Both the position numbers and the translations under genes were made by a program. From Candidatus Thorarchaeota archaeon (GTDB taxonomy: Archaea > Asgardarchaeota > Thorarchaeia > Thorarchaeales > Thorarchaeaceae), in NCBI GenBank assembly GCA_019057475.1, contig DXJO01000006.1:160001-224000 (forward strand): DNA of 64,000 nucleotides, written 5' to 3'. The number at the start of each line of letters is the position of its first letter. Positions within the stretch are counted from its first letter, which is position 1. A model generated the notes under the pieces. That model was not told where the DNA came from. It was given only the letters and a program-made list of their open reading frames with translations, and did no database searches. Below, one piece after another: positions 28,936 through 38,310 of the stretch.

Positions 28936-31629
28936 ATGTTCAAACACGGTCGCCACCTCATCTGTTCGCTTCTAATTCTGTCTATTGTTGTGTCTGCAAG
29001 TCCATTATGGAACGAGGCACATGTTGCTTCAAATCATATTCAAACATCGTTCACGCCTGCAGATTTCGCTTGGGAAACGTTCTCTAGGGACATGAACGTC
29101 ACAACATTTGTTTCACCGGATGGCAGTCGCGATGAGATTTGGCACCTATTGCAGAGTGCTCAGGACAGCATCTACGTTGAGATTTATGGTATTAACAATC
29201 CCTACATTCTTGACCTCATCCACGAGCTGCATGATTCAAAACCAATGCTGGAGATGAAATTCCTCCTAGGGTGGAACAGCTTGGGATATTACAGTCCAAA
29301 TGATTACGTGGCAAATAACCTTACAGAGCTCGGCTATCCCGTCAGATGGACCAATGATACAGAGTTCACCTATGCTCATCAGAAATTCTTCATCATCGAC
29401 AACATAACTACTGTGGTACATTCTGGCAACTGGGCAAAGACTAGCTTTCCAGAGGATGGTAAGAAAGCCAATCGTGAGTGGAGCATTGCTATGACTGACT
29501 TGGTCATTACAGAGTACTACCGTTCAGTATTTGATTATGATTGGGGGAACGGGATAGACTATGATCCAGTGATTCACGGCACAGGCGAGCCTCTTGTGTA
29601 CACTGAAGCCTCCAGCACCTATCATCGACCATTCAATGAATCTGGGCACTTTAGCGGCACAATGAATGTAACACCCATAGTCAGTCCGGAAACCAGTCTG
29701 CAGGGAATTCTTTACTGCATAGACAGCGCAAAGGTCACATTAGACATCCAAATCCCCTACTTCACAAGCTATGGTGATGCAGGAGCAGTCGATGATGTCG
29801 TGGATGCCATCATCGCAGCAAAAGAACGAGGCGTGACTGTACGAGTGATTACTGAAGAGGGGCAAAAGGATAATGATGCAGTTGCTGCTGACCTAATGGC
29901 CTACGACATTCCTGTTATCTGGCAAGATGAGCGATGGTTTACTGCACAGCACAACAAGGGCATCATCGTTGATGGCCGCATGGTACTCATCAGCAGAATA
30001 AACTACAGCGACGGCAGCATTACTGCCAACCGTGAAGCAGGAGTAATTATCCTACACGAGGGCATTGCTCAATGGTACCAAGAGATTTACGACTTCGACT
30101 GGGGTTTGGGTGATTGTGATGTCATGGAGGAAGTCAATCTCTATTGGGAGCCAAACATACCCAAAGATGACGCAATAATCAATGTAACAGTATACACACA
30201 GAAGCTGTATTCAGATGTTACCGAGGTCAAACTCGGTGTTAGAATCGCTGAGGGGGGCTGGATCAACCACACTATCACAGCCAATGTCTTTCCGTCAGCA
30301 GAAGGTCAATATGAGAACTACTACCATGAAATTGCCGCTCAGCCAAACTTCACGAATATATCTGTGCAAGCCTTCGTTGAAGCTCTTGGGGTTTGGCACA
30401 CTGGTGTAGAAATGCAGATACGCGTCCTCAACGAAATCGATTACACCTTCACGATTGATAGTCCTGAGGACATGGAATACGAAGCAGGTAGCATTGGACA
30501 TTCAATAACGTGGTCACCGATTTCGTACAAAGCCCATAGTTACGAAGTTTACAGAAATGGCACAGAGGTAGCCTCCGGCAATTGGAATGGCTCGCCAATC
30601 ACTGTTTCAATTGATGGATTATTTGCGAATCTGTATAACTTCACACTCAATGTGACTGATACTGAGGGACTATCCCGATACGATACGGTGTATGTGCGTA
30701 CACATCCATCGATTGACCCAACAATAACTGCGCCTGCAGATATGGGGTACGAGTACGGTTCTTCAGGACATTTCTTGGAGTGGGAGTCATACGATTTATA
30801 CCCGAACTCGTATCAGGTATACCGCAACGGGACGCTTCACCTCTCTGGTAACTGGAGCGGAGCGAGTATTGTGGTTCAGGTTGATGGTCTAGACCTTGCG
30901 ATGTTCAACTACACTCTCATCGTTTTCGATGATTCAAGCAATTCAGCAAAAAGCACAGTCTGGGTTACTGTTGTTGATACAACCAGTCCCACAATCAATC
31001 ATCCCTCAGACTCTGAGGTCGAGGTTGGTACTTCAGGGAATCTGATTACATGGTCACCTGGAGACCTTCTTCCTTCTTCATATGAGATACTGCGAAACGG
31101 AGCCGTCCTGTATTCAGGAATTTGGACAGGATCAAGCATTGTGATAAACGTAGACGGATTGGCCCTTGGATTATTCAACTATACAGTGCAAGTTTCTGAT
31201 ACCAGTGGAAACACTGCTACGGATACTGTCTTCGTAACTGTGATTGACACCACTAGTCCAAGCATCAATGGTCCCGCAGCCACTGACTATCTCTACGACA
31301 GTACGGGTAACTCCATTGTCTGGGTCGGGTCAGACATCCTCCCGATGTCATATCAAATCCTCAGAAACGGAGCTGTTATTGATAGTGGAATCTGGGATGG
31401 GTCTGACATCACTATTTCGATTGACGGTCTAGAACCGGGAGAGTACAATTTCACAATTGCTGTTATAGACACGAGTGGGAACACAGCAACACACACCACA
31501 ATTGTAACTGTAACCCAACCGCTTGATGTCGTTGGAATGCTACTTGAGAATTGGGCGATTCTCGTAACAGCGGTTTCAGTGCTCGCCTTTGTGATTCTTG
31601 GGTCTCGCGTATGTCGATCTAAACGATGA
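28936..31629 (+). CDS. Surface-anchored phospholipase D-superfamily enzyme with Ig-like repeats
   Basis: Signal peptide; HQKFFIID and HNKGIIVD HKD motifs; four ~90-aa Ig-like repeats; C-terminal TM. Confidence 0.88.
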   Translation: MFKHGRHLICSLLILSIVVSASPLWNEAHVASNHIQTSFTPADFAWETFSRDMNVTTFVSPDGSRDEIWHLLQSAQDSIYVEIYGINNPYILDLIHELHDSKPMLEMKFLLGWNSLGYYSPNDYVANNLTELGYPVRWTNDTEFTYAHQKFFIIDNITTVVHSGNWAKTSFPEDGKKANREWSIAMTDLVITEYYRSVFDYDWGNGIDYDPVIHGTGEPLVYTEASSTYHRPFNESGHFSGTMNVTPIVSPETSLQGILYCIDSAKVTLDIQIPYFTSYGDAGAVDDVVDAIIAAKERGVTVRVITEEGQKDNDAVAADLMAYDIPVIWQDERWFTAQHNKGIIVDGRMVLISRINYSDGSITANREAGVIILHEGIAQWYQEIYDFDWGLGDCDVMEEVNLYWEPNIPKDDAIINVTVYTQKLYSDVTEVKLGVRIAEGGWINHTITANVFPSAEGQYENYYHEIAAQPNFTNISVQAFVEALGVWHTGVEMQIRVLNEIDYTFTIDSPEDMEYEAGSIGHSITWSPISYKAHSYEVYRNGTEVASGNWNGSPITVSIDGLFANLYNFTLNVTDTEGLSRYDTVYVRTHPSIDPTITAPADMGYEYGSSGHFLEWESYDLYPNSYQVYRNGTLHLSGNWSGASIVVQVDGLDLAMFNYTLIVFDDSSNSAKSTVWVTVVDTTSPTINHPSDSEVEVGTSGNLITWSPGDLLPSSYEILRNGAVLYSGIWTGSSIVINVDGLALGLFNYTVQVSDTSGNTATDTVFVTVIDTTSPSINGPAATDYLYDSTGNSIVWVGSDILPMSYQILRNGAVIDSGIWDGSDITISIDGLEPGEYNFTIAVIDTSGNTATHTTIVTVTQPLDVVGMLLENWAILVTAVSVLAFVILGSRVCRSKR

Positions 31630-31687
31630 GCATTGCACTCATGTCCACTTCAGACCATTCATATACTAAGAATCGAAGCCAAACGTT

Positions 31688-32569
31688 ATGCCTGAACAGT
31701 TTCGAAACCTCCAACTTTCGGATGAGAGATCAGTTAGAGAGCTCTGTAAGGACATCTGGGAAGGTAACGACTATGTACCTGATCGCTTCTCCAGCTGGAT
31801 TAGGGAGGATAATTCTAATCCGATTGGTCTCTTTATTGATGGGGAACTTGTTGCCTTAGGGAATCTTGCAGCCGCTCCTGACTCTCCTGTTGCTTGGATT
31901 AAGGGACTTAGGGTGAACACGAGCCGCCAACACGAAGGTCATGGGACAAAACTGGTTGAACATATGATCAACCTGGCGAAGAAAAGGGGCATCAAGAAGC
32001 TCAGATACGCCACAGGCTCAAGAAACGAGCATTCAGTTCATCTGGCCAAGAACTTAGGTTTCTCGGTAGCCAACAGTATTGGCTACTTTCGATTATCCAA
32101 CCCCTATCCTCAGCACCCAACGCCCAGCCCTGTAACAGTCCCGCTTGCGGTCGATTCCGAACGTCTTCACGAAGTGCTGTCTTCTACTCCCGAGCTTGTG
32201 GAGTCAGGAACATTGCCGCTTCTCTGGGAGTTCGAAGACAAGGAACTTGAAGGTCTCGCAAGGCTTGGAAATAGGACTGAGTTCAAGTTGATTGTGGGCG
32301 ACGAGGGAAATGCAAAAGGGCTATTCTACGGAGCATCGGTCGAGAGGAATGGATCAAAGACTGTGACATACTCCGTATTCGCGACAGACAGGGGTGTCTT
32401 CATAGACATCATGGCTCGGATACTTGAAGAGCTTGACAACTCGGGTGCGGATCGGGCGGCCTTCTTCCTTGGACCTCGTGCCACAGAGTGGGCACCGAGC
32501 CTGCTAATCGTTCCGGATGACTATTTGGACCGACGCTACCTACTTCTGGAGCGCGGCCTTGAAGGTTAG
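31688..32569 (+). CDS. GNAT N-acetyltransferase
   Basis: DYVP...W, WIKGLRV...QHEGHGTKL and N..S..LA..LGF motifs. Confidence 0.88.
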   Translation: MPEQFRNLQLSDERSVRELCKDIWEGNDYVPDRFSSWIREDNSNPIGLFIDGELVALGNLAAAPDSPVAWIKGLRVNTSRQHEGHGTKLVEHMINLAKKRGIKKLRYATGSRNEHSVHLAKNLGFSVANSIGYFRLSNPYPQHPTPSPVTVPLAVDSERLHEVLSSTPELVESGTLPLLWEFEDKELEGLARLGNRTEFKLIVGDEGNAKGLFYGASVERNGSKTVTYSVFATDRGVFIDIMARILEELDNSGADRAAFFLGPRATEWAPSLLIVPDDYLDRRYLLLERGLEG

Positions 32570-32926
32570 CTAATCGGCAGATAACGCGCCAGCTATGAAT
32601 GTGTCTATCATCCTGCATGCGGGGCATCCGTGGTTCCTATACTCTAAGCCTGCCAAGGCACCCACCATGATTTTCTCCAATGCCAATGTCAAGCGTGACT
32701 TCCTTTGGAGGTTCAGCTTAAACCCGGACTTCTCGGAAGATGCTTCGAGTGCTGCCACCTGCTGTTTGAACTGTTCTATTGTCATGAGGAAGTTGAAGTG
32801 ACACACGCTGATTGGCGCTACATGCTCATTGAGATATACTACTGCATATCCATTGATCCCGTCATCCTGCTCTCTGAATTTGATGTCCATCTGACGGATA
32901 TCATTGGCCTCCATAAATACACTCAT
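32570..32926 (-). CDS. Hypothetical protein with C-terminal CPAC
   Basis: 118-aa ORF filling the gap; GCPAC motif. Confidence 0.6.
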   Translation of the reverse strand: MSVFMEANDIRQMDIKFREQDDGINGYAVVYLNEHVAPISVCHFNFLMTIEQFKQQVAALEASSEKSGFKLNLQRKSRLTLALEKIMVGALAGLEYRNHGCPACRMIDTFIAGALSAD

Positions 32927-33065
32927 TTTGGGTTCTCACCAAGGGATCTACTTAACACACCTCAGTTCGCCGCTTTTTAGAACTTGCATTGCTGCAAATC
33001 AGTATGGTTTTGTGCCTACGGCGAGCGTCAAGACATTGAAGACCCAGGGAATTGGTCCCTATTCG

Positions 33066-33257
33066 TCACGGTCCGGAAAATGACTGAGAGAGGAGCCAGA
33101 TCAGCAACGCGATAAGCGCTAGCAGAAACGCGCCTGTCAAGACCCAGCGCCAATCATCTCCCTCACCGAAGTCTGGCCAGCAAAACTGCTGGAAAGCCGT
33201 CCCCCTTCCGAAGAGTCTGCACGTCTTGGGAACCGGGGCTTTTGCAAATGCAAGCAT
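33066..33257 (-). CDS. Putative tail-anchored microprotein
   Basis: 63 aa; single TM WVLTGAFLLALIALLIWLL followed by a 7-aa tail; AGGA before the ATG. Confidence 0.5.
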   Translation of the reverse strand: MLAFAKAPVPKTCRLFGRGTAFQQFCWPDFGEGDDWRWVLTGAFLLALIALLIWLLSQSFSGP

Positions 33258-33321
33258 AGTCCTTCGCCTCGCGATCGTCTACTGCTCCGTTGGATATACG
33301 AGCCATGCTAAATTCTCTTAC

Positions 33322-34332
33322 CTAGTCTGGCTTGAACTTCTGCATGTCCTCACAGACTTTTGCGATTCCATCAACGCCTAACACTTCCGTGGAATACAGA
33401 GGGATGTACGCGCTGACCAAGTCTCCGAGTTGATTGTGAATCATGTCCATGTATCGATCTTGCTGTTTGAAGCTATTCTTCATATACTCGGTAGCATCCG
33501 CTTCTGCAACTGCTCGTGGAATAATGCGATTCACGAAGACACCGCCCACGGGGATATCGAATGCTCGTACCATCTTGATGAAGCGTTCTACTACTGCGAT
33601 GGGAAGTGCCAACGGGATCGTGACAAAGATGAACGCAGTCTTCTCAGCGTCGTTGAGGATTGCTTTTGCTTTCTGCATCTTCTCATGTTGACGCAGCAAG
33701 TCTGCCATCATCGGGTCTTTCTCAACTTCCTCCTTAATTTTGTCCTTTCGGAAGGACAGTTTCACACGGAGCGATAATGCTTCCTTCCTGCTCTCAATCA
33801 TGCGGCCCAGCCAAAGGTCATAGATCTTGCTCAGACCGAGCAAGCGAATTGCATTGGCTACTGCCGCACAATCGAAGATGATGATGTCGTAGTTCTCCTC
33901 CTTTTCAAGCATTATATCAGTCATGGTGTCGAACTGGGCAGACTCCTCGAAGGCGGGATTCGTGGCGGCAATCTCAATGAATGAAGCAGGATCGACTGGA
34001 ATATCCGCCCACTTGAGAAATGACGTGATGCGCTCTGTCAGCTGTTCCCTGTATACCTCAATCTTTTTTTTGATATCTACCTCTACAGCCCACAGATTCT
34101 CAAGCCCTTCGATTTTCTGAACTCCGCGTCCCCAGATATCTTGGCCATAGAGGCTGGTAAGGGAGTGAACCGGGTTCAGCGAGGCAACAAGAGTCTTCTT
34201 GCCCTGCGTGGCGAAATAATGCCCAATGGCAGCAGCACTGATTGTCTTGCCAACTCCGCCTTTACCTCCGGTAAAGAAGAACTTGATTGATGGATGCTTT
34301 TCTACGAACTCTTTGAATGTAGGTGCTGTCAT
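33322..34332 (-). CDS. Get3/ArsA-family ATPase B (degenerate switch motifs)
   Basis: GGKGGVGKT; switch I SLNPVHSL; switch II DCAAVANA. Confidence 0.9.
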   Translation of the reverse strand: MTAPTFKEFVEKHPSIKFFFTGGKGGVGKTISAAAIGHYFATQGKKTLVASLNPVHSLTSLYGQDIWGRGVQKIEGLENLWAVEVDIKKKIEVYREQLTERITSFLKWADIPVDPASFIEIAATNPAFEESAQFDTMTDIMLEKEENYDIIIFDCAAVANAIRLLGLSKIYDLWLGRMIESRKEALSLRVKLSFRKDKIKEEVEKDPMMADLLRQHEKMQKAKAILNDAEKTAFIFVTIPLALPIAVVERFIKMVRAFDIPVGGVFVNRIIPRAVAEADATEYMKNSFKQQDRYMDMIHNQLGDLVSAYIPLYSTEVLGVDGIAKVCEDMQKFKPD

Positions 34333-34336
34333 CTTT

Positions 34337-35344
34337 CTAATCCTCCGTTATTTTGCCATCCCAATTCATCATAATGTCACCCACTTCGGCAATCATTTTC
34401 AGTCCCTTGGGTTCCCGATCAAACATTGGGATTACTGCACAAACATAGTTGCCCAATTCCTTCTCGATTTGAACCAAGTATTTTTGCTGCATCTCTATGC
34501 GTTCACGTAGAAAGTCGCCCAGGTCATCACGCTTGAGAAGTTCCCGAGGATAGACCTGGTTGACAACAACCCCAGTAAGGGTGATGTCCATCTGCGCAAA
34601 CATATCCAGCGCACGCCTGGTGTCCAAGATTGCCATCTTCTCTGGGACAATGACCATGTAGAACGCTGTTCTCTTGCTATCAGTAAGGAGGTCCTGGAAA
34701 AAGCCAAGTTTCTTACGGATTTCCTGCAGCTCGTTAAGCATCTCATCTTGACCGGAAGCTGCTCCCTTCTGTTGAATTCGGTATGCAGAATCACCGTATT
34801 CTTGGGCCATTCTTCGCGTTTCTTCCATCTTGTCAATCCACATATCTAGTATCCGCGCCATTGATACCATTCTGATTCCGTGACCAAATGGAGGCATATC
34901 AAACACGTAAAAGTCGAATTCCTGAGACGCTAGAAGACCTGCCATGGCGTCGTAGGTGGCTGACTCGTGCATCGCCGGTTCAGCTGCGGCTGCAGTTATG
35001 TACTCATCAATCTCTCTTGGAATCTCATCGATTCCGTACATGTCCTTGATCTTCTGGCGAATCTCTTCCTGAAAGATGGCTATTCGCTTATCAGCGTCTA
35101 TCTCCATTACATACAGGCTCTCTTGTAGCTCCTGTCTACCCTTCCCAAAGATGTCTTTCTCGAAGATATCGGATAGCGACGCCTGCGGATCGGTACTGAA
35201 GCAGAGAGCCCGCCGACCCTTCTTTGCCAGCCAAGATGAGAGGGCAGCGCTGCATGTTGTCTTGCCCAATCCACCCTTGCCGGCGAACACTGCGATTTTC
35301 GTATCGTGATTAGATGAATAATAGTCACTCATTTTCGAAGTCAT
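34337..35344 (-). CDS. Get3/ArsA-family ATPase A
   Basis: GKGGLGKTT, STDPQASL, DMPPFGHG, VVVNQ and EPKG motifs. Confidence 0.92.
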   Translation of the reverse strand: MTSKMSDYYSSNHDTKIAVFAGKGGLGKTTCSAALSSWLAKKGRRALCFSTDPQASLSDIFEKDIFGKGRQELQESLYVMEIDADKRIAIFQEEIRQKIKDMYGIDEIPREIDEYITAAAAEPAMHESATYDAMAGLLASQEFDFYVFDMPPFGHGIRMVSMARILDMWIDKMEETRRMAQEYGDSAYRIQQKGAASGQDEMLNELQEIRKKLGFFQDLLTDSKRTAFYMVIVPEKMAILDTRRALDMFAQMDITLTGVVVNQVYPRELLKRDDLGDFLRERIEMQQKYLVQIEKELGNYVCAVIPMFDREPKGLKMIAEVGDIMMNWDGKITED

Positions 35345-35392
35345 AATGCCTCACCTCTAAGTATGAATGCTGGAACTAGTGGACCAGCTACC

Positions 35393-35683
35393 TTAGAACA
35401 ATGCGTCAGTGAAATCACGTTCCTTGAATAGAGACCGTTTCCAGGTCTTGATATTCGGAACTGCATACGGTAACAGTTTCAACGAGTAGTACGGAGGAAG
35501 GATGGGAATACCCAACATGTCTCCCAAGGTGATGAGCATAAATAAGTGTTCGAGATACATACGAGTCTTCAAGGCGTACCGCGTCATACCTTGCATTGCC
35601 ATACCATAGAAGAAGTCCTTCACAGCTTCCTTTGCACCGCCCCTTTTCTTATCAGGGGCATCCTTGTCTTTTTTTTTCCCCAT
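35393..35683 (-). CDS. Small CstA-associated hydrophobic protein (cory-CC-star-like), paralogue 2
   Basis: 'EHLFMLITLGDMLGIPILPPYYSLKLLPY...WKR...KERD'. Confidence 0.8.
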   Translation of the reverse strand: MGKKKDKDAPDKKRGGAKEAVKDFFYGMAMQGMTRYALKTRMYLEHLFMLITLGDMLGIPILPPYYSLKLLPYAVPNIKTWKRSLFKERDFTDALF

Positions 35684-35888
35684 AGGAACCACCAATTGGT
35701 CGAAAGCTGGGAAACCTATATCTGTTGTGATACTTTTGGCGCTGTGGAAATATCAACCTTGATGCATGAAACCAATAAATCTCTTCATGTTCTTGCGCTA
35801 TCATGAGCATGTAGGACGCCATTAGATGCTGGTATTCATGCTTTGAACTGGTTCATATTGGGGCGTTTTTCTGTAAGGTCTATGTTGC

Positions 35889-36164
35889 CTATTCAAACAT
35901 TCTGTCAAGCATGTCCCGCTCCTTTAATACTCGTCTTCGCCAAGAAAAAAATTGCGGAAGCAGGTGCACCAAGACTATTCGAGAGTAATATGTCGACAAA
36001 GTGGGGTACCCCAGCAGGGTGCCCAGGGTTATAAAGATTAGAGCATTGTCGTAGTGCGATTTCGTCTTTCTGAGAGGCTCTGCAAGACTCAGCTTCTGAG
36101 CCTGCCAAATGCCGGCTAAGATTGCTCTTATCGACTTAGTTATCCGCAAACGAGTGTCATCCAT
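35889..36164 (-). CDS. Small CstA-associated hydrophobic protein, paralogue 1
   Basis: 'DNALIFITLGTLLGYPTLSTYYSRIVLVHLLP...WRRRVLKERD' aligns with 35393-35683. Confidence 0.75.
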   Translation of the reverse strand: MDDTRLRITKSIRAILAGIWQAQKLSLAEPLRKTKSHYDNALIFITLGTLLGYPTLSTYYSRIVLVHLLPQFFSWRRRVLKERDMLDRMFE

Positions 36165-36234
36165 GTAACCTATAGAGCATCCGCCCAATAAACGCATGGG
36201 TCATGCGAATGAAGCTTCAAGCTTGAAGGCTGTA

Positions 36235-36299
36235 AAGGGAAAGAAAAAAGGGAATGCAGATCCGGCACCCATGATTGACACGGACACCGGATTGCACTC
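36235..36299 (-). terminator. Long stem-loop plus U tract after cstA
   Basis: Minus strand GAGTGCAATCCGG...CCGGATCTGCATTC, then CCTTTTTTCTTT. Confidence 0.6.
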
Positions 36300-36343
36300 G
36301 TTGAGAGGGACTTGAACGTCTAGGCTTTTCTGTTGAAATGCTC

Positions 36344-38125
36344 CTATGCTTCAGTCTCTCCTATTGGGCCACGTTTCAACGCCGCCCAAGCGTCCACGAA
36401 CACCAATACTCCGAGTATGATCAGGATGACTGTAATTCCAATAAATGTAACAGTCAACGCCTGAGCTGGCAAGATGTTCCCTGCTGCCGCCGCGTCTCCA
36501 ATCCAGCTCCCAGCCCTAGCGTAGTAGTACGGCGCAGTGGTGAGCGCTCTTACGAAGACCCAACACTCCCATACGAGTGCAGCCAAACAGGTTACAATCA
36601 TGAAGAGTGCAGGAATCAACGTGTAGTGCGTTGGCTTCTTGGCGCGTGCTAAGTAAACAGAACCAAGCATTAGGCAAAGACCTGCGAGCAGTTGGTTGCT
36701 TCCACCGAATAGCAGCCAAATGTGATACCAAGCACCAGTGGCCGCGAAGATGAATGCAATGAGACAACCAATGAAGGCGCCTATCCATTTATTCCTGAAC
36801 AGCGGTGCGATTGGTGAAGTACCAGCAAGGTCAGCGGCTGCCATCCTAAAGAATCGCGGCATCAATTGCAGTACGGTGATGGCATACAGCTCCAGTACCA
36901 TTGCAAAAAAGGCAATAAGAATCACGCTTGACACTGCTGACCCACCAAATAGACCTTGGGTAAGGATTGTGGCACCCACTGGGAAGTTGACGAACCATGC
37001 CGGGCTCAAGAGAGCGGGATCTATCACGACGTAGGCGGACAGGGCTGACATCGCGAGTAGCCCCTCAACGAACATCGAACCGCCAGCTACAGGCAGAGCA
37101 TCCACTTCAGACATTAGTTGCTTTCCGGTTGCGCTGCTGCCAACTAAGCTATGCCAGCCAGAAACAGCACCGCATGCAATAGCCACAAAGAGTATTGGCC
37201 ATATCGGACCGTTTGCCTCGGTAAAGAGCGTGATGATTGGCGCTGTATGAACTACGACCGGATCTGCAGGGTAGAGCATCACTGTGAATGGACTTAGCAG
37301 CGCACCCACAATGATCATGATCACAGCCACGAAGCAGGGCCAGAAAGCCACGTAGTTTACCGGTTGTGCCCATTCAGTGATGGGCAATGTAGCTCCGAAG
37401 TACACAAGGATCAAGGCAACTACAATCCAAAGCTCTACTGGTGTAGTAGCAATCCAGCCAAGAGCGGCTATACCTGCAGGTGCGGGTAGATAGAGCCACA
37501 ATCCCAGCCAAATACCTACAACCATGAAGGCCAGCCCAACTAATGTCGAGATGACGATGCTTAGCTTCATTCGGTAGAGCAGGATTCCGCTAACGAAACC
37601 GCCTATGATAACCATAATTGTTGGGACAATGCTCTGCGGAAACGCCCTGAAGAAGGCACCACAGATGTACGCAAAGACTGCCATAACCAAAATCAAGTAG
37701 AAGATGATAAAACCCATCAAACCCTTACGGGCTCGAGCGCCGACCATTCGGTAACAGATGGGACCGAACGATTCTCCTTCGCTTCGAACTGTAATCATAA
37801 CAGCTGTGTAGTCATGAATCCAACCTATGAAGAATGTGCCGAATATTATCCACAAGACTGCTGGAAGCCAACCGAAGACTAATGCTATGAACGGTCCGCT
37901 GATGGGACCGAGCGCAGCAATAGATTTGAATTGGAACCCAAAAAGAACGCTCTTGGATGTTGGGAAGAACTCCACTCCATCCATATACATATGAGCGGGT
38001 GTTTTCACTTTTTCATCGGGCCCCCACACGGTCCTATCTACAAACCTAGCGTACATCCAGTACCCTACTATGTAAATGACCAAGGCGACGCCGACAAAGA
38101 TAGCCGGAGAAGTCACATATACCAC
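36344..38125 (-). CDS. cstA: Carbon starvation CstA-family transporter (peptide/pyruvate)
   Basis: TPAH...DGVEF, LFGFQFKSIAALGPI, IACGAVSGWHSL and IWLLFGGSNQLLA motifs. Confidence 0.92.
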   Translation of the reverse strand: MVYVTSPAIFVGVALVIYIVGYWMYARFVDRTVWGPDEKVKTPAHMYMDGVEFFPTSKSVLFGFQFKSIAALGPISGPFIALVFGWLPAVLWIIFGTFFIGWIHDYTAVMITVRSEGESFGPICYRMVGARARKGLMGFIIFYLILVMAVFAYICGAFFRAFPQSIVPTIMVIIGGFVSGILLYRMKLSIVISTLVGLAFMVVGIWLGLWLYLPAPAGIAALGWIATTPVELWIVVALILVYFGATLPITEWAQPVNYVAFWPCFVAVIMIIVGALLSPFTVMLYPADPVVVHTAPIITLFTEANGPIWPILFVAIACGAVSGWHSLVGSSATGKQLMSEVDALPVAGGSMFVEGLLAMSALSAYVVIDPALLSPAWFVNFPVGATILTQGLFGGSAVSSVILIAFFAMVLELYAITVLQLMPRFFRMAAADLAGTSPIAPLFRNKWIGAFIGCLIAFIFAATGAWYHIWLLFGGSNQLLAGLCLMLGSVYLARAKKPTHYTLIPALFMIVTCLAALVWECWVFVRALTTAPYYYARAGSWIGDAAAAGNILPAQALTVTFIGITVILIILGVLVFVDAWAALKRGPIGETEA

Positions 38126-38310
38126 TTCCTCTCTGAGAATGTCCCGTTATGAAACATCCCGAATTATGTGAGCGTTTTATAATACGAAACTTGACCTTAA
38201 GTCTAGCGGTAACTGGATTTCCATAGCTATTAGTGAGCAAATAACCACATTTAGCACAAGAATATGCTTTGGAGCAATAGGAAAATCAGCTGGAGAAGCT
38301 CTTTGCTGGC

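Noticed and set aside
28023-31629. Restriction-modification or PLD-nuclease defence system
   Set aside because: The PLD has a signal peptide and TM anchor; no REase, helicase or specificity subunit is present
33163-33306. Alternative 47-aa minus-strand ORF (MARISNG...) overlapping the tail-anchored ORF
   Set aside because: No recognisable features; the overlapping frame with a clear TM is more plausible, though neither is proven
33322-35344. Arsenic-resistance ArsA pump
   Set aside because: No arsB, acr3, arsC, arsD or arsR nearby and no evident metalloid-binding Cys cluster; the context is cstA
36235-36299. SECIS element or selenoprotein next to cstA
   Set aside because: No in-frame TGA in the neighbouring genes and no clear SECIS core; a terminator-type U-tract follows
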